64,000 bases of DNA from Sphingomonas sp. (GTDB taxonomy: Bacteria; Pseudomonadota; Alphaproteobacteria; Sphingomonadales; Sphingomonadaceae). Below are positions 10,655 to 21,585 of the stretch, one piece after another. The notes below the pieces were generated by a model. That model did no database searches and was not told the origin of the DNA. It saw only the letters and a list, made by a program, of their open reading frames with translations. Where the stretch lies: the NCBI RefSeq assembly GCF_035944535.1, contig NZ_DASZBC010000002.1:34638-98637 (forward strand). Direction: 5' to 3'. Position 1 is the first letter of the stretch, and each line of letters opens with the position of its first letter. The position numbers were made by a program, and so were the translations under genes.

Positions 10655-12613
10655 ATGACGTGCTGCTCGTCGCGGCGCTCCGGCGCGGCGCTGGCCGTGG
10701 CGGCGTATCTTGCTGCGGCCAATCCTCTGGCTTCCCCAGCCTTCGCGCAGGACCTGCCGCAGGCGGAGCCGGCGCTCGACCCGGATTCGCCGATGGACCC
10801 GCTGCCGGAGCTGGGCGTCGACTGGCCCGAGCTGCCGGCTGAAACGGCCCCGGCTGCACCGGCCGAGCGAGCGGCGACCACGGATGCCGGCGCGGCCTTG
10901 CGCTACGAAGTGCGACTGGAAGGGTTGGACGTCGAACAGACCGAGGCGGTTTCGAGCCAGTTCGATGCCCTTTCGACCCTGCGGTCGTCAGAGAAGGCGC
11001 CCGCGAACGTCGCCCAGATCGACCGGCGTGCGCGCGAGGATGCGGAACTGCTGGTCGAGCTGCTGCGCGCCCGCGGCTATTATGACGCCGAAGTCGAGCC
11101 GCGCGTCACAACCGAGGCGGGGCGGGTCGTCGTCGCGCTCGCGGCCGAGCCGGGCGACCAATATCGCTTCACCGGCGTCGATGTGCGCGGTCTGGAAGGG
11201 GCGCCCGAGCAGGCTGAGGCGCTGCGCGACGCCTTCGGCATCCGAAAGGACGACCCGGTCGATGCCGCGGCCGTCAATGCCGGCACCGTCGCGCTCCGCC
11301 AGCGCATCGGCCAGGGCGGCTTTCCCTTTGCCCAGGTGCCCGACCCGCAAGTGGTGGTAGACCGGGAAAGCCGCACCGCAACCCTGGTGCTGACCGTCGA
11401 TCCGGGCGGAGCGCGCCGCTATGGCCGGATCATCGTGCCCGAGGGAGCACTGTTCAGCGCCCGCCACATCGGCGAGATCGCGCGCTTCAAGCCGGGCCAG
11501 CCTTTCGAAGCCAGCGACATGGACGATCTCCGTCGCGCGCTGATCGCAACCGGCCTTGTCTCGACCGTCAACGTCACGCCCCAGCCCGGCGCCACGCCGG
11601 ACACGGTCGATATCGCCGTCCGGATCGAGCCGGCGCCGCCGCGCACCATCGCAGGCGAGCTCGGCTATGGCACCGGCGAGGGCTTTCGCGCCGCGATCAG
11701 CTGGCAGCACCGCAACTTCTTCCCGCCGGAAGGGGGCCTGACCGCCCGCGCGGTGATCGGCACGCGCGAGCAGACCGCGGCGGCCAGTATCCGCCGCAAC
11801 AACTTCCGCAAGCGCGATCATGTGCTGACCGCCGACCTGGCACTCAGCCATCTCGACCAGCCCGGCTATGAGGCACGGACTTTTCTGCTCGGCGCCGGCA
11901 TCGAGCGGCAGACCAACATCATTTTTCAGAAAAAGTGGACCTGGAGCGCCGCCATCAACCTGATCGCGTCCGACGAGCGAGGCGCGATCGGCTCGACTAC
12001 CAGCACGATGCGGCGCACCTACTTCATCGGCGCGCTGCCAACCATGCTGGCCTATGACGGCTCGAACGACCTGCTCGACCCCACGCGCGGATTCCGTCTG
12101 GCCGGACGATTCAGTCCGGAGCTGTCGTTGCAGGACGGGGTGTTCGGCTATGGCAGGCTGCAGCTGGATGCCAGCGCCTATCGGCCGGTGAGCAAACGCG
12201 TGGTGCTGGCGGGGCGCATCAGGCTCGGCTCCATCGCCGGCGCGGCCGCCGACCGCATCGCGCCGTCCCGCCGCTTCTTCGCGGGCGGCGGCGGATCGGT
12301 GCGCGGCTTTGGCTTCCAAGCGATCGGCCCGCGCGACCAGGATAACAACCCCACCGGCGGCCGCAGCCTGGCCGAGTTCGCCGCCGAGGCGCGCATCCGC
12401 TTCGGCGTGTTCGGCATCGTCCCGTTCATCGACGCCGGGAACATCTATCGCTCCGCCCTGCCCGATTTTAGCGGCCTCCGCTTCGGCGCGGGGCTGGGCG
12501 TGCGCTACCATAGCAATTTCGGTCCTATTCGCGTCGATGTCGGCACGCCGATCAACCCCCAACGCGGCGACGCCCGCGTGACCGTATTCGTGTCCCTGGG
12601 TCAGGCTTTTTGA
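10655..12613 (+). CDS. tamA: Omp85/BamA-family outer-membrane protein, translocation and assembly module subunit TamA
   Basis: 652 aa. Signal peptide ending AFAQ, POTRA-like N-terminal region, and a C-terminal beta-barrel ending in F. Followed by tamB. Confidence 0.88.
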   Translation: MTCCSSRRSGAALAVAAYLAAANPLASPAFAQDLPQAEPALDPDSPMDPLPELGVDWPELPAETAPAAPAERAATTDAGAALRYEVRLEGLDVEQTEAVSSQFDALSTLRSSEKAPANVAQIDRRAREDAELLVELLRARGYYDAEVEPRVTTEAGRVVVALAAEPGDQYRFTGVDVRGLEGAPEQAEALRDAFGIRKDDPVDAAAVNAGTVALRQRIGQGGFPFAQVPDPQVVVDRESRTATLVLTVDPGGARRYGRIIVPEGALFSARHIGEIARFKPGQPFEASDMDDLRRALIATGLVSTVNVTPQPGATPDTVDIAVRIEPAPPRTIAGELGYGTGEGFRAAISWQHRNFFPPEGGLTARAVIGTREQTAAASIRRNNFRKRDHVLTADLALSHLDQPGYEARTFLLGAGIERQTNIIFQKKWTWSAAINLIASDERGAIGSTTSTMRRTYFIGALPTMLAYDGSNDLLDPTRGFRLAGRFSPELSLQDGVFGYGRLQLDASAYRPVSKRVVLAGRIRLGSIAGAAADRIAPSRRFFAGGGGSVRGFGFQAIGPRDQDNNPTGGRSLAEFAAEARIRFGVFGIVPFIDAGNIYRSALPDFSGLRFGAGLGVRYHSNFGPIRVDVGTPINPQRGDARVTVFVSLGQAF

Positions 12614-12634
12614 GGATGGGTCAGTCCCCCTCTC

Positions 12635-12723
12635 CGGTTCGGGCTGAGCCTGTCGAAGCCCTCCCTTTCTCGTTCGGATGCCGAAGGAAGAAGGGAGGCC
12701 TTCGGCAATCTCAGGCCGAACCG
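12635..12723. repeat. palindromic intergenic element (cggttcgggctgagcctgtcgaagccctccc // gggaggccttcggcaatctcaggccgaaccg)
   Basis: Long imperfect inverted repeat in the tamA-tamB gap. Confidence 0.7.
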
Positions 12724-12743
12724 AGCTTGAGGTTCCAAGGAGC

Positions 12744-15700
12744 ATGAAGCGGCGCTGGAAACTCGCCCTCTTGCTGCCGATCGCGCTGCTGCTGGCGTTC
12801 CTCGCGGCGATCTGGTCGGTCGATACCGATGCCGGCCACCGCTTCCTGATCGACCGGATCGAGCGACTGCAGACCCGGACCGGACTGAAGATCGGCATAG
12901 GCCGGATAGACGGGTCCATCTATGGCCGGGCGCGGCTGAAGGACGTGCGGCTCTACGATCCCAAGGGGCTGTTCCTGTCGGTGCCCGAAGCGCGGCTGCA
13001 CTGGTCGCCCTGGCGCTGGGCGATTAACACGCTCGATATCGACGAACTGACCGCGGTCCAGGCGACGCTCCACAAGGTGCCCGAGCCCCGGTCGACCGGC
13101 CGGCCGTTCACCCTGCCCGGTTTCGACATCCGCATCGGCCGCCTGCGCATCGAGCGGCTGCGGCTGCTGAAAGGCGTCGCCGGGCCGGAGCGAACGGGAA
13201 CGCTTGCCGCCCAGGCCGAAGTGCGGCGCGGCAAGGCGATGGTCCGCGGCATGCTGGCGACCAGCGCGGGCGACCGGCTGCGCCTGATCCTGGATGCGGA
13301 GCCACGCCGGAAACGTTTCGAACTGGCCGGCGAACTCGACGCTCCCGCCGGCGGCCTGCTCGCAAGGATGATGGGGACGGCCAAGCCGATCGCCGCGCGC
13401 ATCGTTGGCAAGGGGGATTACGCCCGCTGGGACGGCACTGCCCAGGTCCAGGCGGCAGGCGTGCGCACGGCCGACCTGCGCCTGGGCGTGCGCGATGGCA
13501 CCTACCGCCTGCTCGGCGCCCTCATGCTCGAAAGCGTCACGCGCGGGCGGGTTCAGCGCCTTGCTGCGCCGCGAATCGCTGTCGATGGACAGGGCCGGCT
13601 CGAACGCGGCGTGCTGGAGGGCGGCCTGAAGCTGCGGTCGGCGGCGCTTGCGGTGCAGGCGAATGGCGGCCTCGACCTTCGGCGCGGCCAATATGATGCG
13701 GTGACGGTGAGAGCGAGCCTGCTCCAGCCGGCCACCCTGTTCCGCAACATGCGTGCGCGCGACGTGCAGTTGCTGGGTGTGCTGGACGGCGCCTATCGCA
13801 CCGCGCGCTTCCGCTACCGCATCGACAGCCCCGTCATGTTCTTCGACAAGACCGGCTTCGAGCAGGTGCGCATCGAGGGCGCAGGCCGGCTCTCCCGCTC
13901 CCCGGTGACGGTGCCCGTCCGCTTCACCTCGCGTCGCGTCACCGGTGTGGGGGATGTCGCGGGCGGTATCCTCGCCAACCTTGTCGTGGACGGGCTGCTG
14001 AAGGTCACTTCGAAGACGATCACGGGCGACAATCTGCGCGTCCGCTCCGACAAGCTGACCAGCCGCGCCTCGCTGTTCGTCGATCTGCGAAATGGCGATT
14101 ATGACGTGCGCCTCGCCGGCGAACTGACGCGCTACACGATCCCTGGGCTTGGCATCGTCGACGTAAAGAGCACGCTGTCGGTCGTGCCCGGCGCCAATCG
14201 GGTCGGCTCGCGCGTCACCGGACGCCTGCAGGCCTGGGTGCGCCGCTTCGACAATGGCTTCCTGGCAGGGCTCGCCGGCGGTTTGCCCTATCTGGAAACG
14301 AACCTGACGCGGGAGCGCGACGGCATCGTGCGCTTCACCAATCTGCGTATCGTGGCGCCGCAGCTCACTTTCTCCGGCACGGGTTTCCGACGCCGAGACG
14401 GGACGATGTTCTTCGAAGGCGGTGGGCGCCAGGCGCGCTACGGCCCGCTCCGCCTGACGCTGGACGGCCGGATCGAGCGGCCGAAGCTCGCAATCTTTCT
14501 GCCCCGGCCCTTGGACGCACTCGGCACCAGAGACATGCGCCTGTGGCTGGATCCCACCGCCACCGGCTTTGCCTATCGCGCGAACGGCGGCTCGACCTTG
14601 GGCGGGTGGACCAGCAACGGCGCGATCCTGCTGCCCAAGGGCGCGGCGGCCCGGATCGGCGTTGCGGCGCTCGACGTAGCCGGGCTGCGCGCTGCGGGTG
14701 AGCTGGTGTCGCAAGGGCGCGGCTTCGACGGCCGGCTGAACGTCGCCGGTCAGGGGCTTACCGGCCTGCTCCGTTTCGACCGCCCCGGCGACGTCCAGCG
14801 CATTGCGATGAGCTTCGACGCGAACGGCGCCCGGCTGGCGACGGCACCCGAGATCACCATCGGCCGCGGCGGGCTCGATGGCGAAGTGCTGCTCGATCCC
14901 GCCGGGCTCGTCATGCGCGGCACGGTCACGGCGCGGGGCCTGAGGCGCGGCGCGCTGTCGCTCGCCCAGCTGGCGGCCAATATCGACTTGCAGGACGGGC
15001 GGGGCACCGCGCGCGTCGCCTTTGCAGGGTCGCGCGGCCGCGCCTTCGATCTTCAAACAAATGTTCAGGTGGCGCCCCAGCGGCTGGTCGTTACCGGCGG
15101 CGGCACGATCGACCGCAAGCCGGTGCGCATCGAGCAGCCGGCCGTGCTGACGGCAGAGGCTGGCGGCTGGCGGCTCGCCCCCACGGCCATGGCCTTTGGC
15201 GGCGGCAAACTCAGCCTGGCGGGGCTGTTCGGCGCCGAGGCGCTGGAGGTCGACGCGACGCTCGCGGCCGTGCCGATGACTGTGTTCGACATCGTCACGC
15301 CGAACCTGGGCCTTGGCGGCACCGCCAACGGCCGCATCCAGTATCGCGCGCCGGCCGGTGCGCTACCGTCCGGCTCCGTGGACCTGACCGTCCGGCGCCT
15401 GACCCGCTCCAGCCTCGTCCTCACCTCCCGCCCGATCGACCTGGGCGTCAAGGCCGTCCTGAACGGCAGCCAGGTCGCGATGCGCGCCGTGGCGGCGAGC
15501 GAAGGCAAGGTGATCGGACGCGCCCAGACGAGGCTAGGCCCGCTCGCGCCCAACGGCTCGCTCCCCGCGCGGATCGAAGCCGCCCCGCTCTTTGGGCAAC
15601 TCCGCTATGCAGGCCCTGCCGACACTCTGTGGCGGCTGACCGGCATCCAGCAGTTCGACTTGTCCGGCCCTGTCGCGGTCGCCGCCGATGTCCGCGGCCG

Positions 15701-16865
15701 CCTCGCCGACCCGGCAATCCGCGGATCGGTCCGTGCGACCAACGCCCGGCTGGAAAGCGCCACGTCCGGCACGGTGCTGACCAATGTGAACGCAACCGGC
15801 CGCTTCGGTGGTTCGCGCCTCGTCATAGACCGGATGACCGCAACCGCCGGCCAGGGGAGCGTCACCGGCACCGGCGCTTTCGACTTCGGCGCGGCGCGCG
15901 GCATCGGCATGGACCTGGCGGTGACTGCGCAGGACGCGGTGCTGATCGACCGCGACGATATCGGCGCGACCGTCACCGGACCCCTGCGCATCCGCTCGGA
16001 CGGCCGCGGCGGGGTTATCTCCGGCGAAGTGTCGTTGCCGCGCAGCCGCTACCGCCTCGGCCGCGCAAGGGCTGCCACCACCGTTTCCCGTCTCGCCAAC
16101 CTGACCGAACGCAACCGGCCGATGGACTTCGCCCAACCTGCCTCAGCACCCGCGCCGTGGCGGCTCGACCTGAAAGCGACCGCCCGCAACCGGCTGATGG
16201 TGACCGGCCTTGGCCTCGACAGCGAATGGCGCACCATCCTCGCCATCACCGGAAGCGTCGGCGAGCCGGTGCTGGTCGGCAATGCGACCTTACTGCGCGG
16301 CGGCTATGAATTTGCCGGCCGCCGGTTCGAGCTGGAGCGCGGCACGATTCGCTTCAACGGCGCCAACCCGCCCGATCCGGTGCTCGACATCGCCGCCGCC
16401 GCCAACCTCCAGGGGCTATCGGCGACCATCCGCGTGACCGGCACCGGCCTGAAACCGGACGTAAGCTTCGCCAGCAACCCGGCCCTGCCCGAAGACGAAT
16501 TGCTGTCGCGCCTGTTGTTCGGCACCTCGATCAGCAACCTGTCTGCGCCGGAAGCGCTGCAGCTCGCCTCGGCCGTCGCGGCGCTGCAGAGCGGCGGCGA
16601 TCTCGACCCGATCAATGCGCTGCGTCGCGCGGTGGGCCTCGACCGGCTACGCATCGTCGCCGCCGACCCGACCATCGGTCAGGGCACAGCCATTGCCGCG
16701 GGCAAATACATCACCCGCCGGGCGTTCGTCGAAATCATCACCGACGGCCAAGGCTATTCAGCGACGCGCGTCGAGTTCCAGATCACGCGTTGGCTGTCGG
16801 TGCTGTCGACCATCTCGACCATCGGCCGCCAGAGCGTCAACGCCCGCGTTTCCAAGGATTATTGA
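12744..16865 (+). CDS. tamB: translocation and assembly module protein TamB (DUF490)
   Basis: About 1373 aa. N-terminal anchor MKRRWKLALLLPIALLLAFLAAIW. The C-terminal region (..YITRRAFVEIITDGQGYSATRVEFQITRWLSV..) is typical of DUF490. ATG 12744 follows an AAGGAG RBS. Confidence 0.9.
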   Translation: MKRRWKLALLLPIALLLAFLAAIWSVDTDAGHRFLIDRIERLQTRTGLKIGIGRIDGSIYGRARLKDVRLYDPKGLFLSVPEARLHWSPWRWAINTLDIDELTAVQATLHKVPEPRSTGRPFTLPGFDIRIGRLRIERLRLLKGVAGPERTGTLAAQAEVRRGKAMVRGMLATSAGDRLRLILDAEPRRKRFELAGELDAPAGGLLARMMGTAKPIAARIVGKGDYARWDGTAQVQAAGVRTADLRLGVRDGTYRLLGALMLESVTRGRVQRLAAPRIAVDGQGRLERGVLEGGLKLRSAALAVQANGGLDLRRGQYDAVTVRASLLQPATLFRNMRARDVQLLGVLDGAYRTARFRYRIDSPVMFFDKTGFEQVRIEGAGRLSRSPVTVPVRFTSRRVTGVGDVAGGILANLVVDGLLKVTSKTITGDNLRVRSDKLTSRASLFVDLRNGDYDVRLAGELTRYTIPGLGIVDVKSTLSVVPGANRVGSRVTGRLQAWVRRFDNGFLAGLAGGLPYLETNLTRERDGIVRFTNLRIVAPQLTFSGTGFRRRDGTMFFEGGGRQARYGPLRLTLDGRIERPKLAIFLPRPLDALGTRDMRLWLDPTATGFAYRANGGSTLGGWTSNGAILLPKGAAARIGVAALDVAGLRAAGELVSQGRGFDGRLNVAGQGLTGLLRFDRPGDVQRIAMSFDANGARLATAPEITIGRGGLDGEVLLDPAGLVMRGTVTARGLRRGALSLAQLAANIDLQDGRGTARVAFAGSRGRAFDLQTNVQVAPQRLVVTGGGTIDRKPVRIEQPAVLTAEAGGWRLAPTAMAFGGGKLSLAGLFGAEALEVDATLAAVPMTVFDIVTPNLGLGGTANGRIQYRAPAGALPSGSVDLTVRRLTRSSLVLTSRPIDLGVKAVLNGSQVAMRAVAASEGKVIGRAQTRLGPLAPNGSLPARIEAAPLFGQLRYAGPADTLWRLTGIQQFDLSGPVAVAADVRGRLADPAIRGSVRATNARLESATSGTVLTNVNATGRFGGSRLVIDRMTATAGQGSVTGTGAFDFGAARGIGMDLAVTAQDAVLIDRDDIGATVTGPLRIRSDGRGGVISGEVSLPRSRYRLGRARAATTVSRLANLTERNRPMDFAQPASAPAPWRLDLKATARNRLMVTGLGLDSEWRTILAITGSVGEPVLVGNATLLRGGYEFAGRRFELERGTIRFNGANPPDPVLDIAAAANLQGLSATIRVTGTGLKPDVSFASNPALPEDELLSRLLFGTSISNLSAPEALQLASAVAALQSGGDLDPINALRRAVGLDRLRIVAADPTIGQGTAIAAGKYITRRAFVEIITDGQGYSATRVEFQITRWLSVLSTISTIGRQSVNARVSKDY

Positions 16866-18748
16866 GCCCGCGCCGCTCGCCGGTAGAGCCAGACCGTGAT
16901 AAGCCCGAACAGCACGGGCGCGAAGATCAGGGAGATGGAGCCGAAGCTGTCCGGCACAACGCTCAGCGGCGCGTCGCTGCCGGTGCCGACCACCAGCGCC
17001 GCAAGCGCAACGCCGAACAGACTCTCGCCGACGATCAGCCCGGTCGCGAGCAGCACGCCCATCCGCTCATGCCCTTCCGGATCCCTGCTATTCTTGGCTC
17101 GGCGATCATAGAACCAACCGGCGACTGCGCCGACCACGACGAGCAGGCTGGTCTGCATCGGCAGGTAGATGCCGAGGCCCACGGCGAGCGGCGGACAGCC
17201 CTTGCCACGCGTCTTGCGCAGCACCCGGTCGAGCGCGGCGATCACGACGCCTGCGATCGCGCCATAGCCGATCATCCGCCAATCGAGCGTGCCGCCCAGC
17301 ACGCCCTTGGCCAGCGCCGAGATCAGCGCGGCCTGCGGCGCCGGCAGTGCGTTCGCTCCTGCTCCCGGCGCTCCGGCGAAGCCATAAGCCTGGTTCAACA
17401 GCGACAGCACCGGTGGGATCACCAGCGATCCGAAGAACACGCCGAAGACCAAAGCCACCTGCTGACGCCATGGCGTCGCCCCGACCAGCTGGCCCGTCTT
17501 CAGGTCTTGCAGATTGTCGTTGGAGATGGTGGCGATGCCGAACACCACGGCCGTGACGAGCAAGGCATAGACGACGAGCGGCCCATTGTCGCCGCCGCCC
17601 GCCACCGCTCCGATCAGCAGCGCGGCGCCGATGATCGACAATATGCCGATGCCCGAAATCGGGCTGTTCGACGCGCCGATCAGGCCAGCCATATAGCCGC
17701 ACACCGCGGCGATGAACGCGCCCGCCACCACCACGAAGACGAGGCTGCCGCCGATCACCAGCGGGGCGTTTTCGATCTCGCCGATGTTGGCGGCGAGCAG
17801 CACGCCGATCAGCGCCAGCACGACCAGGCTTGCGCCCGTGACGATCCCGATCGGCAAGTCCCGCTCCTGCAGCGGCAGCGTGCCTTCGCCCGCCTTGCGC
17901 TGCGACGAGGCCGCCATTGCCGACCTTATGCCGCCGAGGATCGGACCCAATATGCTGAGCAGGGTCCAGATCGCCGCGACACCGATCACGCCGGCGCCGA
18001 AGAAACGCACCTGCTCCCGCCAGACGGTCAGCGCCACTTCCTCCGCAGGGCCCGGGATGCCGCTGGTCAGGATCGGCACTGCGCCGGCCCAGCCGATCAA
18101 TATGCCGAGGCCGATCGCCAGTCCGACCGAAATGCCGACCAGATGCCCCGCCCCCAACAATGCGAAAGACAGGCCCGCGGAAATGCCGGTGGCGCCGCTG
18201 CCGACCCGGAAGAATGTCGCCGCCTCCGCTGCCGCGATCCGCATCGCCGCCAGCAGCGCGAACCCGGCCGAGGCCAGCGCGCCGGTCGTGATGATCCTCA
18301 GGCCCGCCTTGTTGTCGCTCGCGCCGACCTTCAGCACTTCGGCGGCGGCGACCCCTTCCGGGTAAGGCAGCGGCGCATCGACCACGAGCGCACGGCGCAG
18401 CGGAATCGAGAACATGACGCCCAGAAAGCCGCCCAGAAAGGTGATCAGCGCCGTGGTCCAGAACGGAAAATCGTTCCAAGCGCCGATCATGACCAGGCCC
18501 GGCAGCACGAAACAGATCGCCGCCAGTGTGCCCGCCGCGGACGCCACGGTCTGAACGATGTTATTTTCGAGGATCGTACCGTTCGCAAAAGCACGCAGCA
18601 GCGCCATCGAGATCACCGCCGCGGGGATCGACGTCGCGAAGGTCAGGCCGACGCGCAGGCCCAGATAGACGTTCGCGGCGGTGAACATCAGGGTGAGGAT
18701 GCCGCCCAGCAGGATGGCTCGGACGGTCAGTTCGCGGGTCTGCATCAA
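16859..18748 (-). CDS. OPT family oligopeptide transporter
   Basis: 629 aa, polytopic membrane protein with OPT-like sequence throughout. Its stop overlaps the tamB stop by 7 nt (convergent). Confidence 0.88.
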   Translation of the reverse strand: MMQTRELTVRAILLGGILTLMFTAANVYLGLRVGLTFATSIPAAVISMALLRAFANGTILENNIVQTVASAAGTLAAICFVLPGLVMIGAWNDFPFWTTALITFLGGFLGVMFSIPLRRALVVDAPLPYPEGVAAAEVLKVGASDNKAGLRIITTGALASAGFALLAAMRIAAAEAATFFRVGSGATGISAGLSFALLGAGHLVGISVGLAIGLGILIGWAGAVPILTSGIPGPAEEVALTVWREQVRFFGAGVIGVAAIWTLLSILGPILGGIRSAMAASSQRKAGEGTLPLQERDLPIGIVTGASLVVLALIGVLLAANIGEIENAPLVIGGSLVFVVVAGAFIAAVCGYMAGLIGASNSPISGIGILSIIGAALLIGAVAGGGDNGPLVVYALLVTAVVFGIATISNDNLQDLKTGQLVGATPWRQQVALVFGVFFGSLVIPPVLSLLNQAYGFAGAPGAGANALPAPQAALISALAKGVLGGTLDWRMIGYGAIAGVVIAALDRVLRKTRGKGCPPLAVGLGIYLPMQTSLLVVVGAVAGWFYDRRAKNSRDPEGHERMGVLLATGLIVGESLFGVALAALVVGTGSDAPLSVVPDSFGSISLIFAPVLFGLITVWLYRRAARAQ

Positions 18749-19419
18749 TTCTGTTCTTTCTCGAAACGGATTACGCGATCGTAGCGGCGCATGACGAGAG
18801 TGCCGCCCTCGATCGCCAGCGGCTCGCCGGCAAAACCGGCGGTGCCGATATCGTTGGCCTCGAAGCGGAACACGATCCGCCGCCCGCCCGGCTTCACCGG
18901 ATGGGGCGCCAGCGGGATCGGGAAGACAGGCAGATCGGGCACGAGCGAGACCACCGTCTTGCCCGCGGGCACCGGCAAGCGGCCGCTCTCATCAGCCTCT
19001 ATGAACACCGGCTCGGCCGCATCGGCATAGGTCACAGCCATGGTCAGCGGCGATCCGTGCAGCAGTTCCGGATCGTCAAGCGCGACTTCGATGCCGTCCC
19101 CTGCCTTGGGTGTGTCGCTGACCACGGCAAAACGCGGCGGCTTCGGCGCCGGCTCGGTCGTCAGCAGCAGCTGCCCGTCCCTCTCGACCCAGCGCCCCTG
19201 CGCCTGCTCGTCGAGCGCGCCATAGCTCAGCGCATATTGGAACCAGCCATCGGCATGCAGGACGAGCCGCGTCGCAAGCTCGGTTTGGCTGCCGTCATAG
19301 GTACCGGGGGTGACGGCGGCGGAGGCTGGTTGAGCAAGTGAGAGTGCCCCGGCGAAGGCCGGGGCCCATATTGCCGCGAAGCTGGACCCCGGCCTTCGCC
19401 GGGGAGCATTGCCCCTCAC
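18745..19419 (-). CDS. secreted hypothetical protein; N-terminal signal peptide encoded by a family C repeat
   Basis: 224 aa. The only in-frame start is GTG 19419, which overlaps the upstream gene's stop as GTGA. N-terminus [35 protein letters not shown] has the n/h/c regions of a Sec signal. Confidence 0.6.
   Translation of the reverse strand: MRGNAPRRRPGSSFAAIWAPAFAGALSLAQPASAAVTPGTYDGSQTELATRLVLHADGWFQYALSYGALDEQAQGRWVERDGQLLLTTEPAPKPPRFAVVSDTPKAGDGIEVALDDPELLHGSPLTMAVTYADAAEPVFIEADESGRLPVPAGKTVVSLVPDLPVFPIPLAPHPVKPGGRRIVFRFEANDIGTAGFAGEPLAIEGGTLVMRRYDRVIRFEKEQN
19345..19408. repeat. palindromic REP element, family C (ccccggcgaaggccggggcccag // gaccccggccttcgccgggga)
   Basis: Inverted repeat. 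Other copies at 21586, 33613, 39090, 41664 and 49821. This copy lies inside ORF 18745-19419. Confidence 0.85.
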
Positions 19420-21011
19420 TTCAGTAAATTCCCGAGCACCCCGCGCAGCAGCCCACCGACCAAGCCACCACCGCTGCTCCGCCCCCGACGGCTGGATCCG
19501 CCGAACACCGCCCGCCCAAGCTCGTTCGCCACTTGCCGGGTGACCGAGGACGTCGCCGTTCGCGCGGCGGTCTGGATGATCTTATCGCCCAACGTCGGCT
19601 TGGCCGCTTCGCGCGCCGCTTCCTTGGCGAGCCGCGCCTCTTCCTTCGCCTGGATTGCGGCCTGCTTCTCAGCTTCCGTGCGCGCCTGCGCTTCGGCGGC
19701 GGCAGCAGCAGCCTGGGCCGATTTGGCGACGAGCAATTCCTCTGCCGATTCCCGATCGACCACGGCGTCATATTTGTCGCCGACCGCATCCGTTTCGCGC
19801 AGCACGCCACGCTCGACCGGCGTCAGCGGTCCCACACGCGAGAAAGGCGGGCGGATCAAGGTCCGCTCGACCGGGCTCGGCGATCCGTCCGGCTGCAGCA
19901 GAGAGACAAGCGCCTCGCCGACCTTCAGCTCGGTGATAGCGGTCGCCACATCGACGCCCGGATTGGCTCGGAACGTCTCCGCCGCCGCACGAATGCCCTT
20001 CTGGTCCTTGGGCGTGAAGGCGCGGAGTGCATGCTGCACCCGGTTGCCGAGCTGGCCTGCCACGCCCTCCGGAATATCGACAGGGTTCTGGGTGATGAAA
20101 TAGACGCCGACTCCTTTGGACCGGATCAGCCGCACCACCTGCTCCACCTTGTCGAGCAGCGCTTCGGGTGCCTCGTCGAACAACAGATGCGCCTCGTCGA
20201 AGAAGAAGACGAGCTTCGGCTTGTCGGGGTCACCGACCTCGGGCAGCTGCTCGAACAGCTCGGATAGCAGCCAGAGCAGGAAGGTGGCGTAAAGCTTCGG
20301 GCTCGCCATCAATTTGTCGGCAGCGAGGATGTTGACCACGCCACGCCCCTGATCGTCCGTTGCGATCAGGTCATCGAGGTCGAGCGCCGGCTCGCCGAAG
20401 AAGTGCTCGCCGCCCTGCGAACGCAGCTGGAGCAAGGAGCGCTGGATCGCGCCGATGCTTTGCTTGGAGACATTGCCATAGGTGGTGGTCAGCTCCTCCG
20501 CCCGCTCGGCGCAGTGGCTGAGCATCGCCTGCAGGTCGTCCAGGTCGAGCAGCAGCAGCCCGTCCTGGTCGGCGACGGTGAAGGCGATAGTCAGCACGCC
20601 TTCCTGCACTTCGTTGAGGCCCATCAAACGCGCGAGCAGCAGCGGCCCCATTTCGGAAACAGTGGTACGGATCGGGTGCCCCTGTTCGCCAAACAAGTCC
20701 CAGAGCTGCACTGGATTGGCGTCATAGGCCCAGTCGGTCATGCCGATCTCGGCTGCGCGCGCGGCGAAGATCTCGTGCGTCTTGGTGGTCGGCGAACCGG
20801 CCATCGCCATGCCCGCTAGATCGCCCTTCACATCCGCGACGAAGCTCGGCACGCCAGCGCGCGAAAAGCCCTCGACCAGCCCCTGCAGCGTTACCGTCTT
20901 GCCCGTGCCGGTCGCGCCCGCAATCAGTCCGTGCCGGTTGGCCCGCTTTAGCGTGAGCGTCTGCGGGGTGGCGCCGCCCGGGGCCGCGCCGATAAAGAGG
21001 CCATCATTCAT
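19416..21011 (-). CDS. DUF853 / HerA-like P-loop ATPase
   Basis: 531 aa. Walker A GATGTGKT, Walker B VFFFDEAH, and a Lys/Ala/Glu-rich C-terminal tail. Confidence 0.85.
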   Translation of the reverse strand: MNDGLFIGAAPGGATPQTLTLKRANRHGLIAGATGTGKTVTLQGLVEGFSRAGVPSFVADVKGDLAGMAMAGSPTTKTHEIFAARAAEIGMTDWAYDANPVQLWDLFGEQGHPIRTTVSEMGPLLLARLMGLNEVQEGVLTIAFTVADQDGLLLLDLDDLQAMLSHCAERAEELTTTYGNVSKQSIGAIQRSLLQLRSQGGEHFFGEPALDLDDLIATDDQGRGVVNILAADKLMASPKLYATFLLWLLSELFEQLPEVGDPDKPKLVFFFDEAHLLFDEAPEALLDKVEQVVRLIRSKGVGVYFITQNPVDIPEGVAGQLGNRVQHALRAFTPKDQKGIRAAAETFRANPGVDVATAITELKVGEALVSLLQPDGSPSPVERTLIRPPFSRVGPLTPVERGVLRETDAVGDKYDAVVDRESAEELLVAKSAQAAAAAAEAQARTEAEKQAAIQAKEEARLAKEAAREAAKPTLGDKIIQTAARTATSSVTRQVANELGRAVFGGSSRRGRSSGGGLVGGLLRGVLGNLLK

Positions 21012-21089
21012 GCTTCGGGTCTAGCGGTGGCGGGCGCTGCCGAACAACCCCGCTTGGCTCATCGCGCCAGTGGTTTAAGCCCTGACGTC

Positions 21090-21578
21090 ATGATTCGTCT
21101 GCTTTGCGCCCTGTTGTTGGCGCTTCTTCCATTCTCCGCCGCTCACGCCGACGTGACCGCCCGCTTCTATTCGCGCGATTTCGGCTCGGTCTTCCCGCAC
21201 ACCTTCTTCGAGGTGGAAGGCCCGGGGGTGCCGAAGAAGAATTACGGCTTCACCGCCAAGACCGTCACGCCCGCCATCCTGATGAGCCCGGTTGCCGGCA
21301 AGATCATCGAGATGAAGCCGGATTACGTCTCGCGCAGCCGGCTGCACTTCACCCTCCGCCTGTCGAACGAACAATATCAAAGGCTGATGCGCGTGGCGGC
21401 TGATTGGGGCAGCCGCAAACAGCCGAGCTACGATCTCTACAAGGCGAACTGCGTCAGTTTCGTCCGCGATGCGCTGCACACGCTGGGCATCAAGACCAAT
21501 CCGAACACACGCTTCCTCGGTAAGCCGAAAAGCTTCCTCACCGAAGTGCAGGGCCTGAACCCGGGCTTGAGACCGTAA
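21090..21578 (+). CDS. secreted hypothetical protein
   Basis: ATG 21090 gives the signal peptide MIRLLCALLLALLPFSAAHA. No domain recognised. Confidence 0.6.
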   Translation: MIRLLCALLLALLPFSAAHADVTARFYSRDFGSVFPHTFFEVEGPGVPKKNYGFTAKTVTPAILMSPVAGKIIEMKPDYVSRSRLHFTLRLSNEQYQRLMRVAADWGSRKQPSYDLYKANCVSFVRDALHTLGIKTNPNTRFLGKPKSFLTEVQGLNPGLRP

Positions 21579-21585
21579 ACAGGCT

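Noticed and set aside
10988-12919. 643-aa minus-strand ORF antisense to tamA
   Set aside because: It is an Arg/Ala/Gly-rich low-complexity translation with no motifs. The opposite strand encodes a full-length Omp85-family protein. This is a typical GC-rich shadow ORF.
12711-15056. 781-aa minus-strand ORF antisense to tamB
   Set aside because: Same reasoning as above. TamB on the plus strand accounts for the region, and the antisense frame is open only because stop codons are rare at this G+C.
16790-18784. 664-aa plus-strand ORF antisense to the OPT transporter gene
   Set aside because: The translation is extremely Arg/Asp/Gln/His-rich and not protein-like. The minus strand encodes a convincing polytopic transporter.
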